Origin: Octopus sinensis
Taxonomy: Eukaryota
Length of the DNA: 39,793 bases
Reading direction: 5' to 3'
Assembly (NCBI RefSeq): GCF_006345805.1
Contig: NW_021832827.1
Span: 1 to 39,793 of the forward strand
A program made the translations under genes and the position numbers. Positions within the stretch are counted from its first letter, which is position 1; each line of letters opens with the position of its first letter. Below are positions 38,476 through 39,793 of this stretch, piece by piece. A model generated the notes under the pieces. It was not told where the DNA came from, did not search any database, and saw only the letters and a program-made list of their open reading frames with translations.

Positions 38476-39046
38476 TATCATATCTATAATAGGGAAGATG
38501 TGTGTGTACGTGATTGTAATTTATGCACGTCCACAAATTAGCACGCATGTCGCTCCAATTTTAGGAGGACATTTTTCAACACCCTATCTGGGTTTTGTCA
38601 ACTTATTTTTTTCCCCCCAGGCACCCGTGGGTAGCGTAAATATCTATTTTCAGACATAGCTTTTAGCCACGAAAAATATCAGCCTTGGCTTTTTTGATGG
38701 CGTCTAACAAAAAAAAAATAAGATAAAGAAAAGTGGAAGAAGGAGGCAGAGAATTTCACGGGAAAGACAAAGTGAGAGAGGGAGAGACAGAGAGAGTAAG
38801 TGATGTCGTTCATAAAAAATAAAATGTAAAATATTTTGTTTTTTGTTTTTCAAAGACTATATTTTATAATCATAGTATATATACTTTAGTGAAAATCGTG
38901 CGAGTGTTAATCTACAAATTAACAACATTTTTTTCCATTCATTTCTGTTTATGAACATGTATGCGTGCACAAAACATGCAATAGGTGTACGTACGTACGT
39001 GTGTATATGTGTGTTTGTGTCTGTTGCCCATATATATTTATATATA

Positions 39047-39436
39047 CTACCAGTATCGCCCGGCGTTGCTCGGGTTTGTAAGGGAAATAACTATATAAGC
39101 ATTTTTAGAGAGTTATAGCCAAAAAATAGCAAATAAATGCATTAAAATTGAAAAAAAATTATGGTAAATTTTTTTTTGAATCGTTGACACATCGTAGATA
39201 TTTTGAGAGGTTACTTCCTTATATAAAAGCGAAAAAATGCATTAAAATGGAAAAATATGATGGTAAATTTTTTTAAAATCGAGACTCATCGTAGACGCGC
39301 GCTAATACCCAGAAGGGCTCGATATGAATCACGACTAAAGATACCCGCTTTTGTTAAACTGCACCGCAAAATGTGGGAGTAGTTACGAATCTAAATCGAA
39401 GGGGACAGAAAACACAACTTCACTCTTATATAAAGA
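39047..39436 (-). mobile_element. Non-autonomous Helitron, second copy
   Basis: Homologous to 2007-2310; A|TC start, CCCGAGCAACGCCGGG hairpin, end mutated to GTAG|T; extra internal ~95-bp repeat unit. Confidence 0.85.
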
Positions 39437-39759
39437 TGCTTTTTTTTCAGTCATAGAGTTAGATTTTATGAGGTCTTCAGTAGAAAATCCTTCGAGATCT
39501 GACTCGCTGCGTGATATATGAAATTCGTATCCATTTTTTGTCAGAATTACAAATTTTGAAAACACAATAGGAACAAATTTCGGAAGAAAATCTCCATAAT
39601 TCACGGAATTAAAATACACTTCGATTTTTGTACAAAACTGTATTTGAAGTGTTTCGAAGTATAATACGTGTTTCACGAATGTACTAAAGAGATTTACTCT
39701 GATATTCTCATTTAAATATGAATAGGTAAATTCGGGGCGGTTTGGTAACGAAAGGGTTT
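39437..39759 (-). mobile_element. piggyBac-like element 5' end
   Basis: Minus strand begins CCCTTTCGTTACC after a TTAA-like TAAA; acidic SESDLEGFSTEDL peptide resembles piggyBac transposase N-termini; homologous to 29561-29680. Confidence 0.6.
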
Positions 39760-39793
39760 ATATAAGTGTCGTCTGTTTATACATAAACCTGTT

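Noticed and set aside
38481-38650. Possible third Helitron 5' end (A|TCTATAATA...)
   Set aside because: No matching hairpin-CTAG 3' end and no second copy; the start overlaps the SINE TSD.

Overview
Eukaryotic, very repeat-rich non-coding DNA; the SINE families and microsatellite load point to a cephalopod, probably Octopus (inference). I see no intact host gene. Nearly all listed ORFs are translations of (TA)n, (CA)n, (GATA)n, (TATG)n or trinucleotide tracts. The real content is: three groups of tRNA-derived SINEs (about 16 copies or fragments), four decayed Penelope-like element (PLE) pieces, four fragments of a Tx1/L1-type LINE, an RTE-type LINE fragment, a mariner remnant, two non-autonomous Helitrons and two piggyBac-like pieces. 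Two patterns stand out. (1) The Tx1-like LINE copies sit in (GATA)n microsatellites, in two cases at both junctions, suggesting GATA-repeat targeting. (2) About ten minimal type I hammerhead-ribozyme-like motifs lie in short, often fold-back elements mostly embedded in (TA)n; one has a 493-bp unit with a terminal direct repeat, resembling a retrozyme or PLE pseudo-LTR. All alignments and folds were done by eye, so boundaries are approximate.
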